Below are positions 9,302 to 19,077 of a stretch of DNA of 64,000 nucleotides, piece after piece. How positions within the stretch are numbered: the stretch's first letter is position 1; every line of letters starts with the position of its first letter. A model generated the notes under the pieces. The model did not search any database and was not told where the DNA came from. It was given only the letters and a program-made list of their open reading frames with translations. The translations under genes and the position numbers were made by a program. Origin of the DNA: a virus (taxonomy: Duplodnaviria; Caudoviricetes); the IMG/VR virus record IMGVR_UViG_3300010163_000001, positions 160,001 to 224,000 of that record; one strand, 5' to 3'.

Positions 9302-12300
9302 CTATTCATTTTCCCAATATTCTTTCAAATGTCTTTTTGCTTCAATCAATATCTTCATAGCAAACATAGATGGGAAAATAGTAGGAACTTTACGAGCAGA
9401 TACTGATAAGGGAGCTATAATAAGGTCAATAGGTTCTTCTGGTCTAGATTCTGCAACAGGTTCTAGACCTTCCGGTATTACATGAGAAGTAATCCCTTTT
9501 AACGCAAATTGAGATGCCAGTTTATCTCCTCTTGCCATTGTATCCTTAAAAGAAACATAAAAAGTTATTACAACTCCTTCATCTACTTTTTCTCCTTTAA
9601 TTCGTCCTTGATAATCTGGTTTAATTGGCTCTGGAGTAACAGAAATTACATTTCCTGATTTATAATAATTCAAGTCATCTTTGTTACTATATTTATCAAG
9701 TACCTTTTGTCTTTTCTCTAAATTATTCCAATATTTTGACACAATCTCTCTCAATGAATCAGATAATTCATCTAAATCAACCGTCGACGCAATTTCTATA
9801 TGAGAAATCGTTCCGGTATAATGAGATATTTTTCTACTGGAATTCGTTTCTATAATATCTTCTGCTTCTTCTTCTCTTAAAGATTGAATCATTTTCATGA
9901 CATCTTCATCTTCAGAGTAATTGTCAAAAACAATAACTGGCTCTCCTGCATTTACTTTATCCCCAACTTTTAACATCTTAGATACAGTTGCGTTTTTATT
10001 CAATGATACATTTATTGGCATTGCCATCGTAGTAGATAACTTTTCCGATGCTCTTGCTGAAATAGGGACACTATCCTCATAGATATCCCATTCAGGAATA
10101 ATAGCAGCTTTGATAACAGGACCTAATCTCATAGAAGCTTCTCCACCATGTTTTGATTTTTTAAATGCCTTATCATCCCATGCTAAGATATCATTTTTGT
10201 TAAATTTATCACCAACATTAAGATTTGTTATTAATTTAGACTCAATGTAAAATCCTGCTGCAGAATTCTTTTTCATATGCAGAGATAAATCAATGCTTCG
10301 ATATTTACCATTTTTATATTTTACAACAAGGAAATCATTCTTTTTATCTACGACTACACCATCATCTTCTGCAGGAACTACGAAATCAGAAGAAAGATGA
10401 TATGGAAGTATTTTTTCAGATCCATTTCCAATTAATGTTGTATCAGAATCATCTACTAAAAGCATGTACATAGACTGCTTATATGACATAGATGTTCTAG
10501 TAGGATCATCGTGTTGCATACCTAATGGGGTAAGTAATTCGGATGGAGCTAATAAATTAGCAGAATTCAATTCTTCTACATTCTCTTTTCCTGCAATATC
10601 AATATATCCTCTTGTAGAAGTAATATTTGGTTCCAATGTTAATTGTCTCTTAATACCAACTCCAGAGTCTGGAGATGTTGTGATTCCCAAAACTCCAAGC
10701 ATTGTTTCATTATATGCACGGACATTTAATTTGAATGCGTGCTCCTCATTTGTTCCATTTTCACCTTTATAGGTAACTTCGTGTAATTTTGCAATCTCTA
10801 ATAAGGGATTTAAAGAAGAAGCATCTGTCATAGCACTTGCTGCAGTTGTCAACATTTTCTTTATTACAATATCCTGTTTTACTGACACAGGTTTTGGATT
10901 TCTCCTATGCTGTGTTTTTCTATATTGCCCATACGCATCAGTAACAGCTTTATAGGTATGATATACAATAACTTCGTTCCCACGTAATCGCATACTTTTT
11001 AAATTACCTTCTGGTGTAAATTCATTTGTTTTTAACATTTTATTCGCTAATAGACATAAGCTTACCAAATCGGTGGGTAATTTCATGTCTATTAAGATTT
11101 CTTTTGTGATTGGGTCAATCATAAAGTCATAATACTGATCTAAGTTAAATGACTGATTTGCATAAGAGTAAACATTTGTAAGAAGATATACATACATATC
11201 TCTACTTTCTAACTCTTCCATATTGTATACATTCATTGGAAGTTTATTTAAGCCATTTAACAAAAGGGAATTTTCCATAGGATAACGTTTCCATTTAATA
11301 TATCCGTCCGCCATTTCTGTAAGTCCCCAGTCAAATAGATCAATTTCAGAAAGTTTATCTTTATCCGTTTTCGGTATCAGTTCATATTCGATGTTGGCTT
11401 TCTTCATTACAGTATCAAAACCTTCAAAATATGACAGTAGTAAAATTAACGGTAAGGTTTTATTCAATGGCTTTGTCATTGAATAAGATAATAACTTTCC
11501 ACCGTTTGATTTTCTTCCTATTTTCTTCACTGCTTCTACATATTCTTCTGGTATATTATTAAATACTACATCGACAAAAGATTCTTCTGATGACATTGTA
11601 ATTGGTTTAGAGTCCTTTAAATTAATTCCTATGATAATATTTTCTTCTCGATCAATTTTCTTATAAGGAATATTCATCTTATCAAGTGTCTCATTAAGTA
11701 AGTTATTATCTAAAATAAATAAAGAATCTTCTATTTGGAACTGAACAATTTTTCTTGCAACTGTATCATATTCCAGAGTAGATTTATATTTCTTATTCGT
11801 AACAACTCCATTACCGAATATAACTTTAAAGTCTTTTTCTTTTTTCTTAATATATCTTATCAATGCATTGGTTTTTAAATCGGTAAATGTTTCTTTTCTT
11901 CTCATAATAAACATCTTCTGATAATTTGTTACAATCTGAACCGTGTTTCGATCTGTTTTTACCAATGGTTTTAAAATTAAAGTATGCTGAATAATTTTCT
12001 TATTTCCTTTGATCATCAAGAAGTGATCATCAATAACAATAGGAACATCAAATTTCAGTGTCATTTTTTTACCATTTTCATCTTGTAGATGATAAATCAT
12101 TGTTTTCTTTAGATCTAATGGTGTTGAAGTATCTTCCTCTTCTTTTCCAACTATAAATACTTTTGTAGAAGCATTTGATAACATAGCAACAGAGTTATCA
12201 ATATCCTTTTGTAACTTTTTCTCATTGTAAGATCTATCAAAATTTACAAATTTTGAATATGTTACATTTGTATTTGTTGTAGAAACAGAATCTGAAAAGT

Positions 12301-13552
12301 CTGATGCTTCAATAACTTTCGATTCCATATTCGCAATTTCATCATCTGGGTTACCAATTGTATCATTTTGTATATTATTTAATTTCTGTATCTCCTTCAG
12401 TTTTTTATCAGAATATTTCGTTCCAAACTCTCTAATGTAATATTTCTTTTTTACTTCATTCGTTACTTCTTTCAATGCCTCATCTAGATCTGCATCATCT
12501 TCTGTAAGCTCCGGATGCTCATCCAGATAATTATTTGCAATATTTTCAATCTCACTTATTTTATCATCGTCGTCTTCTTCTACGTTAACATCCTCACCTA
12601 TAAAGTTTAATTCTTCATCTTCGTCATCATTCTCTCCAAGCAAATTCTTTGTAAGACTTGATATGATCTCTCTTTTCCGCTGTTCAACAACACTTTTCTC
12701 TGGATGTACAATCTTATTTACCAATTCATCCGTATTCATTTTATTTATTGGCTTTCCCGGTTCTCCAGTTTCTTCATCCATAATAGAATCATCCATATTT
12801 TCCATATTAACTTGAATACTTGATGCAATGGAAAGAATTTTCTGTTTGATTCTTGTATAGTTCTTCTGCGTTAAGTCTTCATTTGCAATTCTCATAACTT
12901 TATTTTGAGACGAACTTACAATTACGATATCACAATCTTGTAAACAAGCCAAGATATCTGGAAATTTGTAAAGGGATACCAATAAGATTGCAATTGGATT
13001 TGTCAAATCTTTTTTAGCAAGAGATAACTTATTTGTATCTGATAACCATTGATCAATGTCAATATAAATTATCTTTGACGTATATTCAAGTAAATCTTCA
13101 GAATTTACCCTATTTTTTAAGAAAGAAATATAATTCATACAAATCTTCTTTAAAGATGACTTAATCTGGAATTGAAAATAAATGTCATTCCACTCCCCAA
13201 GATTTACAATCAAATTATATCGTTTCTTTAAGGTAGATGCTTTGTTACTATTGTCAACAAGCTTTAATCCGGTTAATCCCATAGATGGATATTCTTTACG
13301 GAATGCTCCTGTGTTATTTTTTACATACTTTTTAAATCCTATTTTCTCTTTATAAATAAGATCTATCATATATCTCTTATATAATGCATTTCTATAATTT
13401 ATAAACTCAGACGAAAGTAATTCATAACCCGAATTTCTAGATGGTGTATTCACAAATATAATATTTCCAAATCCAGGAGTTTCTCCTTTTGGTGGGAGAA
13501 AACCGGATTGAATATATACCATCATAGAGTCAAATGAATCATATTTTCTCAT
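9302..13552 (-). CDS. phage multisubunit RNA polymerase beta subunit (probably virion RNAP)
   Basis: Beta motifs TSPDSGVGIKRQL, QHDDPTRTSMSYKQ, YEDS, GDKLASQFALKG, DLIIAPLSVSARK; AACA-N6-TA upstream. Confidence 0.9.
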   Translation of the reverse strand: MRKYDSFDSMMVYIQSGFLPPKGETPGFGNIIFVNTPSRNSGYELLSSEFINYRNALYKRYMIDLIYKEKIGFKKYVKNNTGAFRKEYPSMGLTGLKLVDNSNKASTLKKRYNLIVNLGEWNDIYFQFQIKSSLKKICMNYISFLKNRVNSEDLLEYTSKIIYIDIDQWLSDTNKLSLAKKDLTNPIAILLVSLYKFPDILACLQDCDIVIVSSSQNKVMRIANEDLTQKNYTRIKQKILSIASSIQVNMENMDDSIMDEETGEPGKPINKMNTDELVNKIVHPEKSVVEQRKREIISSLTKNLLGENDDEDEELNFIGEDVNVEEDDDDKISEIENIANNYLDEHPELTEDDADLDEALKEVTNEVKKKYYIREFGTKYSDKKLKEIQKLNNIQNDTIGNPDDEIANMESKVIEASDFSDSVSTTNTNVTYSKFVNFDRSYNEKKLQKDIDNSVAMLSNASTKVFIVGKEEEDTSTPLDLKKTMIYHLQDENGKKMTLKFDVPIVIDDHFLMIKGNKKIIQHTLILKPLVKTDRNTVQIVTNYQKMFIMRRKETFTDLKTNALIRYIKKKEKDFKVIFGNGVVTNKKYKSTLEYDTVARKIVQFQIEDSLFILDNNLLNETLDKMNIPYKKIDREENIIIGINLKDSKPITMSSEESFVDVVFNNIPEEYVEAVKKIGRKSNGGKLLSYSMTKPLNKTLPLILLLSYFEGFDTVMKKANIEYELIPKTDKDKLSEIDLFDWGLTEMADGYIKWKRYPMENSLLLNGLNKLPMNVYNMEELESRDMYVYLLTNVYSYANQSFNLDQYYDFMIDPITKEILIDMKLPTDLVSLCLLANKMLKTNEFTPEGNLKSMRLRGNEVIVYHTYKAVTDAYGQYRKTQHRRNPKPVSVKQDIVIKKMLTTAASAMTDASSLNPLLEIAKLHEVTYKGENGTNEEHAFKLNVRAYNETMLGVLGITTSPDSGVGIKRQLTLEPNITSTRGYIDIAGKENVEELNSANLLAPSELLTPLGMQHDDPTRTSMSYKQSMYMLLVDDSDTTLIGNGSEKILPYHLSSDFVVPAEDDGVVVDKKNDFLVVKYKNGKYRSIDLSLHMKKNSAAGFYIESKLITNLNVGDKFNKNDILAWDDKAFKKSKHGGEASMRLGPVIKAAIIPEWDIYEDSVPISARASEKLSTTMAMPINVSLNKNATVSKMLKVGDKVNAGEPVIVFDNYSEDEDVMKMIQSLREEEAEDIIETNSSRKISHYTGTISHIEIASTVDLDELSDSLREIVSKYWNNLEKRQKVLDKYSNKDDLNYYKSGNVISVTPEPIKPDYQGRIKGEKVDEGVVITFYVSFKDTMARGDKLASQFALKGITSHVIPEGLEPVAESRPEEPIDLIIAPLSVSARKVPTIFPSMFAMKILIEAKRHLKEYWENE

Positions 13553-13583
13553 TTATATTTTCACCTTCCTTTATTGTAATATT

Positions 13584-13595
13584 TATTGAGATGTT
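13584..13595 (-). promoter_or_regulatory. late-type promoter motif AACA-N6-TA (example of a recurrent motif)
   Basis: AACATCTCAATA 32 nt upstream of the beta gene; same motif at 24755-24766(-), 47718-47729(-), 50991-51002(+); AACT variants at 8238(+), 15365(+), 21069-21080(-), 45822-45833(-). Confidence 0.6.
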
Positions 13596-13639
13596 GTTGA
13601 CTAACATAAAGAGGATGCAACTAATGCATCCTCTTTATG

Positions 13640-14677
13640 TTATTTCTTTTCTTCTGCATCTTTTCCAATAATAGCGGCACATACCATATTAAGGAAAGTT
13701 GTTACAGTGTTAATATATTTAGTTGCTGCTTTCAATGCTTTTTGCATTGCAGCATTTTTGTCTGCTTCTGCCGTCTTCATCATTCTATCGACATTAGGCT
13801 TCCAACCATTCGCTTGATTTGCCATTTGATCAATCTGCATAAGAATTGCTTTTACCTCTTTTTTATCATAATAACGATTATTAGAAGTAAGCTGCTTATT
13901 CTTCATGTCAATGGATTCCTGGTTAAGCTGATCTAATACTTTAGTTACATCATCTGTTATAGATGTTAATTGTTTTTCATCATTGTTATTATTTGCAGCA
14001 AGCACTATAATCTTATCAACATTACTTTTTGCAGAATTTAAGGTTCCAATGTGGCCCTTTACGTAATAAATATAACCTTTTGTGTCTAAAACTGCCTTCC
14101 CTCCATTTTTAGAAGATGCTGCGACTCTTGCAGATTCTGTATAATAAGTTGCTTTAGAAAGGATTCCTTTTAATTTTCCTTTAATTGATTTTACATGAGT
14201 AACATCAATTTCTGCTTCCTTTCCGGGAATATGAACTTGTGTGTTTGTAGGGGTATTTATTTCTTCCTTAACTTCACGAAGTTCTTCAATAACCTCTTCA
14301 ACTGCCTGAGCACTCTTTTCATCTCCAGCCTTTTCAAATTGTTTTGCAGCATTCTTCATAACTGCATCAACTTGATTTCCAACTTTCTTAAGATCACCCA
14401 ATGTTGTTTCTGGATTATTCAAAATTGACATAGACTCATGAATTACTTCTTTTTGTTTTTGTGTAATTCCAACTGTACTACCGTCCTTTTCACCAGCTTC
14501 TTCATCGGCAGATTTGCCAAATAATCTCTTTATAAATTGGACAATTTTATCTTTAATCCATTTTACTTTTTCAACAATCCAATCCCATACTCTTTTTATT
14601 GTAGATCCCAATCCTTCATTAGCAATTGTATAATTATCACAATAATAAGTAAAGGATTCTACTGTACTTTCATACAT
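13640..14677 (-). CDS. putative internal head protein (phiKZ-like)
   Basis: N-terminal A-x-E|G (IANEG) prohead-protease-type motif followed by amphipathic IKRVWDWIVEKVKWIKDKIVQFIKRLFG. Confidence 0.6.
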   Translation of the reverse strand: MYESTVESFTYYCDNYTIANEGLGSTIKRVWDWIVEKVKWIKDKIVQFIKRLFGKSADEEAGEKDGSTVGITQKQKEVIHESMSILNNPETTLGDLKKVGNQVDAVMKNAAKQFEKAGDEKSAQAVEEVIEELREVKEEINTPTNTQVHIPGKEAEIDVTHVKSIKGKLKGILSKATYYTESARVAASSKNGGKAVLDTKGYIYYVKGHIGTLNSAKSNVDKIIVLAANNNNDEKQLTSITDDVTKVLDQLNQESIDMKNKQLTSNNRYYDKKEVKAILMQIDQMANQANGWKPNVDRMMKTAEADKNAAMQKALKAATKYINTVTTFLNMVCAAIIGKDAEEKK

Positions 14678-14698
14678 ATTTTATCATCTCCTTTTTAT

Positions 14699-15331
14699 TT
14701 ATAATTTAATCATTTTTTCTACATGTGAGACATCCAGATATCCTCTATCAAAACTAGGATTTGCTTTACACATCTGAATATAATTCCATATTTTATATTT
14801 TTGAATATCATCTAAGCAGTCTTTATAAAAATCAATAAATTCCGTAAGATTTCCAATTCCCTGCTTTATATTCAAAAAAAGATCTTTGTTATGAGCTGCT
14901 TCATGATTCGTAGTAGCTAGCATAACAACTTGCACACGTAATGCGAAATGTTCATCCAATACTTTATCTGTTATTCGAAGTGTATTGATTTTTTTATTTG
15001 TTTTGATAAAATCATTCAAAACTACACTCACTACATCAAATAAAGTAAATATAGGTCCATGATGCATCTCAATTGTAGCATCTGTATCATAAATACGAGA
15101 CGAAACTTGACAAAAATTAACACCAAGTTTTTTCTTTATATAACTTACAAATACAGAATAATCTGGGCTTGTACGTATAAATCTTTCACACGTCTTTATG
15201 AATTTTGTATATTCAACTTCGTCTTGAAAGTACTCAATGTCCTTATAAAGTGAGATACATGCATATGGATCGTCTTCTGCTTCAATAAATTTAGAAACGT
15301 CTCCATTGTAATGTATATTCTTGAAGTCCAA
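14699..15331 (-). CDS. HNH-like nuclease-fold protein
   Basis: FC...IEMHHGPIFTLFD...LATTNHEAAH; paralog of 46270..46986. Confidence 0.6.
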   Translation of the reverse strand: MDFKNIHYNGDVSKFIEAEDDPYACISLYKDIEYFQDEVEYTKFIKTCERFIRTSPDYSVFVSYIKKKLGVNFCQVSSRIYDTDATIEMHHGPIFTLFDVVSVVLNDFIKTNKKINTLRITDKVLDEHFALRVQVVMLATTNHEAAHNKDLFLNIKQGIGNLTEFIDFYKDCLDDIQKYKIWNYIQMCKANPSFDRGYLDVSHVEKMIKL

Positions 15332-15418
15332 TTTATTATCACTTCCTTTTTTTATGTTGTATAGAACTTAGATTTAAAGTATTGTTTATTTTTATCGAAA
15401 TAGAGGAGGTTATTGTAA

Positions 15419-15658
15419 ATGAATGAATTAACTATTAAATTTTCTGCTCCAACTTCAGATGAGCGTAATCAAACATCAATACCATTTTATTGCATTTCAG
15501 TGACATCGGACAACGAAGTAACTCACCAATATGGTACATCAATATCGTTAGAGAGCCTCACTAATAAAACATTGTCTGAAGACCAGATAGAAAATATTTC
15601 TAGTCACATAAAAGATGCAATTACATCTTACTTAAGATCCGAATTTACAAAAAAATAA
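15419..15658 (+). CDS. hypothetical protein (79 aa)
   Basis: GAGGAGG SD, AACT-N6-TA upstream, hairpin 15683-15715 downstream. Confidence 0.7.
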   Translation: MNELTIKFSAPTSDERNQTSIPFYCISVTSDNEVTHQYGTSISLESLTNKTLSEDQIENISSHIKDAITSYLRSEFTKK

Positions 15659-15717
15659 ATATTTTTTACTTTTAGGCATGTTTCAGTGCGCTATGTAATT
15701 TACATAGCGCACTGATT

Positions 15718-16248
15718 TTATGCTGATGCTGTAACAACGCAAGGAATTCCAAAGGAATATTCCTCGCCTTCATCATCCTGCATTGTCATTATATACCCTC
15801 TGTTATCAATATGTGATATATGTTTTGCTCCCTGATCGATATACACGAACTCTATTTCTTGTGATTCATACATATCGTCTGTTAATTCATCTCCAACCTC
15901 GATTTCTACTGGTTGGAATCCTGCCTCTGTCATCATAAGGTCAAACAGATCATGAAGAGTTTCGTTTACACCGTCTTCATAATGGAATGACAACGAATCA
16001 AGTTTTCTCAGATCCAACATTGCTCTGTGTAATTTTGCAGGAATGATAGAAATATCGTCAATTATAACACCATCCCCTGTCAATCCGTCGAAAGCTTTTT
16101 CGAGTTTTCTTTTACAGTTGGCAACAAGTTTCACATGTACCTCTGTGTAATACTCATCCTCATAGATATCACGGATCTCATTTACATAATTTGCAATTTT
16201 GTTTATTCCATTCATAAAAGTATTTTTCATTTCCTCAATATTTAACAT
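15718..16248 (-). CDS. GrpE-like protein
   Basis: Helical N-terminus, then GFQPVEIEVGDEL..DMYE...ISHIDNRGYIM...PCVVT resembling the GrpE beta domain; ATG 16248 after GGAGGT. Confidence 0.45.
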   Translation of the reverse strand: MLNIEEMKNTFMNGINKIANYVNEIRDIYEDEYYTEVHVKLVANCKRKLEKAFDGLTGDGVIIDDISIIPAKLHRAMLDLRKLDSLSFHYEDGVNETLHDLFDLMMTEAGFQPVEIEVGDELTDDMYESQEIEFVYIDQGAKHISHIDNRGYIMTMQDDEGEEYSFGIPCVVTASA

Positions 16249-16445
16249 AATTACCTCCAGGCTCTTGATACTATCTCCACCTATGTGTTCTTTTGTTATT
16301 ATCACTAAAAGAATATATGAAGAAAAGAGGGTAAAAAACGGAAAATTTGGAGTATCATAGAAAGATGTTGTTTTTTAACAAAAAAAGATAGCGGAAGACT
16401 AAAATTCCTCCGCTATCTTATCATAATAATATAATAACTTTAATA

Positions 16446-17063
16446 TTAATAGTCGTAATCATCCCCTTCCTTATCTTCTAAGGTTAATTCCGTTCCTAAG
16501 AAGTAATAAGCATCTGCCTCATCTAAAACCTCTAACATATCTCTAAATTTTCTACTTCTGGACGGGAGTCTCAGTCGCCGAAGGCATTTTTTAATCACCT
16601 GATAAATAATTTCTCTCGAAACTCCATACATCTTTGCAAGATCGGAAATACTAATATTTAAATAGAAATGCATGAAAGTTATTAATATCATTCTAAGTGA
16701 TCCTTTGTAAGAAATACTCATATCAAAGATATTTTTGCATGTAAATTCAGTGGTATCGTAAGATTTGTCTAGACAAGACGCTAAGGCTTCAATCAATTTA
16801 TCAGATATAAAATCCATAAAGAAATCTGAATTATTGAATGTATCCGTAGAAATTGTAAAATCAATTCCAGATGGAAGTTCCTTTTCTTCGGACTCATTAA
16901 ATTCTTTTTTCATGCGAGATAATTTACATGAGAATGCTGTTCGTTTCCCATCAAATTCTAATGCAGAAAGATACAGATCTTGTTTAAAATCTTCATCGGT
17001 AATATTATGTCTAGAAATGTACCTTTCTACCATTTTTAAGTACGTAACTTTTTTAGTATCCAT
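16446..17063 (-). CDS. sigma-70-like protein (degenerate region 2 plus SigA-like region 4 HTH)
   Basis: SDLAKMYGVSREIIYQVIKKCLRRLRLPSRSRKFRDML resembles the RpoD/SigA C-terminus; EDFKQDLYL resembles region 2. Confidence 0.7.
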   Translation of the reverse strand: MDTKKVTYLKMVERYISRHNITDEDFKQDLYLSALEFDGKRTAFSCKLSRMKKEFNESEEKELPSGIDFTISTDTFNNSDFFMDFISDKLIEALASCLDKSYDTTEFTCKNIFDMSISYKGSLRMILITFMHFYLNISISDLAKMYGVSREIIYQVIKKCLRRLRLPSRSRKFRDMLEVLDEADAYYFLGTELTLEDKEGDDYDY

Positions 17064-17094
17064 TTACTTAATCCTCCTATGTTTTATTTACTCA

Positions 17095-17108
17095 TTAATA
17101 ATATATGA
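17095..17108 (-). promoter_or_regulatory. early-type promoter motif TCATATATTAT (example of a recurrent motif)
   Basis: Minus-strand ATATATT(A/C/T)TT also at 7054, 16307, 22810, 25154, 32797, 33363, 52967 and 55786 (ACATATT variant at 23424), each upstream of a transcription unit. Confidence 0.65.
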
Positions 17109-17137
17109 AAATAAAAATAAAGGGAATAACGTTTACA

Positions 17138-18859
17138 TTATTCCCTTCTTGTCATATTATAAAATGTAAGGAAAGATTCATTTCCAATAACACGAACTAA
17201 CTCCCCTTGTGTAGATACATAGTGTTTAATTTCCTTCATTTGTTTTGCAGCTTCCTCATTCGCTTCAACACTAAAAAGTATTTTGGCACTGATAGTATCT
17301 CCATCATAGTCTCCGCCTATAGCGTCCAAATATAAATTAGACATTGCAAATGTATCTATAAATTGAGTTGCTACAACATTTGCTGGTAAAGATAAATCTA
17401 TCTTTGGATAATGTGGATATACCTTTCCGTTAAAGATAACAGGAACTGTATCTATTGTAGATAAAACAGCTACTTTACTTGGAAAGGTTCCAAAATAATC
17501 CAATAGAGGGTATCGAGTAATATAACAATGTTTATCAGATAACGTTTCTACTGCAGCTAAATAGAATACATCTGTCCATGTCATAGGTCTTCCACTTATT
17601 GTAGTTGTAGATTCATCTGGATTACCAGCATATTTTCTACCTGTAAATATCATTTCTTTATCTGTGCCATCTTTACATCGAATTTTGATTGTTTCGAAAC
17701 GTTCAATTCCATATGTCTTACAATAGGTTTCCATTTTCTTATCAATAAATTCCTGTGTAAAGATATCAGTTTGATCAATAATATCTACTTTAGTGACTTC
17801 GTATTCTCCTTTTTCATTCTTTTCATATACTGGTAATGTTCTTACATTTCTGAAGGTGTCTTCAAAAAATTCTGTAACCCATTTAATCATAAAAGGATAA
17901 CCGAGTGTTATGCAATAAGACAGGGGTATACCAGAATGTATAATATCTACAATGCAATCATCTGGACGTTCACAACCATTTAATGAAGGAACAGATATAA
18001 CACCTCTTGCTCCAAAATCAACAGACTTTCCAAGAATTGTCTTTTGAAAAGCACCATTTTTATGGTCTATTAAAGATTGCCCATATTTTCGAATCGTTAC
18101 TAAAGTATGCTGAATCTTGTATAAAGTAAGATATTTTGTTATGGAAAGAATTTCATTATCATATGAATTCACATTCATAATAATATCTCTATACCAATTA
18201 TTCAAATCTGGTATAGATTGATTACCAGAAGCAGAAATTGAGACATCACGATAAAAAACAGGTATTACAACCCATTTTGAAATGAATATTTCATCGTCCG
18301 TCAATGAATCTAATAAGGTTAATCGGTTTTCCCTTTTACTAGAATCTGTCTTTTTGAAATGAATTTTCTTAAAGTTTTCAATTAACCAAGCTAATCCTGT
18401 ATTATTTTCATTATATCTCGCATCTTCTGGATCTTTAATTTGTTCTAATTCTCCAACTTCATTGATATACCAGGCTCCTTGTCCAGATGCTATGATATCA
18501 ATGTTTGGTTGCATGTTAATTAATATTTCATAAATGTATGGATGAAAAAACTTCCTCTTCAAGTCGATGTATGCATGAGTCTTTGCTCTTTCTTGAGGGG
18601 TTTCGCCAAATATAACAGTGGAAAATAAACCGTCATCCGTAGGATCTTTACCATTTTTAAAAGGAATTGGATTTGTTACTTCACGTAAATTATTTCCTTC
18701 TATAATTTTATCGGTAGTGATAAAGACATTCATATTCTGTCCTTCAATATCTACAGTATGAGCAGACTCTATTCCCAAAAGTAAATTCATTACTTTTTTT
18801 TGTTGTTTTATTACTCGTTGCGCACTATCAAATTTCATTATTTTTTCACATCCTTTCAT
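17138..18859 (-). CDS. phage RNA polymerase beta' subunit, N-terminal and catalytic portion
   Basis: DGLFSTVIFG, AYIDL..FFHP, LGKSVDFGARGVI, TRYP and catalytic GGDYDGD (NADFDGD variant); start may be 18838. Confidence 0.9.
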   Translation of the reverse strand: MKGCEKIMKFDSAQRVIKQQKKVMNLLLGIESAHTVDIEGQNMNVFITTDKIIEGNNLREVTNPIPFKNGKDPTDDGLFSTVIFGETPQERAKTHAYIDLKRKFFHPYIYEILINMQPNIDIIASGQGAWYINEVGELEQIKDPEDARYNENNTGLAWLIENFKKIHFKKTDSSKRENRLTLLDSLTDDEIFISKWVVIPVFYRDVSISASGNQSIPDLNNWYRDIIMNVNSYDNEILSITKYLTLYKIQHTLVTIRKYGQSLIDHKNGAFQKTILGKSVDFGARGVISVPSLNGCERPDDCIVDIIHSGIPLSYCITLGYPFMIKWVTEFFEDTFRNVRTLPVYEKNEKGEYEVTKVDIIDQTDIFTQEFIDKKMETYCKTYGIERFETIKIRCKDGTDKEMIFTGRKYAGNPDESTTTISGRPMTWTDVFYLAAVETLSDKHCYITRYPLLDYFGTFPSKVAVLSTIDTVPVIFNGKVYPHYPKIDLSLPANVVATQFIDTFAMSNLYLDAIGGDYDGDTISAKILFSVEANEEAAKQMKEIKHYVSTQGELVRVIGNESFLTFYNMTRRE

Positions 18860-18910
18860 TTATTTAGTTGTATTAAATGGGAAACATAGGAGGGATATAT
18901 CCCTCCTATG

Positions 18911-19066
18911 TTATATTGTTATATCACTGAGTCTATGCCCTCTCTTTCTTACCATTTCTGCTCTATGCTGACGTAAATAATTTATTTCTTTATACGTCAT
19001 ATGATAAATATCCTGAATAGATAATTGACCTTTAAACTCGTCTAAGATTGTATCAATATATCCCAT
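18911..19066 (-). CDS. 51-aa ORF absent from the track; likely -1 frameshift extension of 19078..20604 (gp51/gpT-like)
   Basis: MGYIDTILDEFKGQLSIQDIYHMTYKEINYLRQHR...; frame open back to slippery GGTTTTT at 19114-19120; no SD. Confidence 0.6.
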   Translation of the reverse strand: MGYIDTILDEFKGQLSIQDIYHMTYKEINYLRQHRAEMVRKRGHRLSDITI

Positions 19067-19077
19067 GAATTTTCTTT

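Noticed and set aside
9302-18859. Introns or inteins in RNAP genes (as in AR9)
   Set aside because: Both ORFs are uninterrupted and I see no intein or homing-endonuclease motifs.
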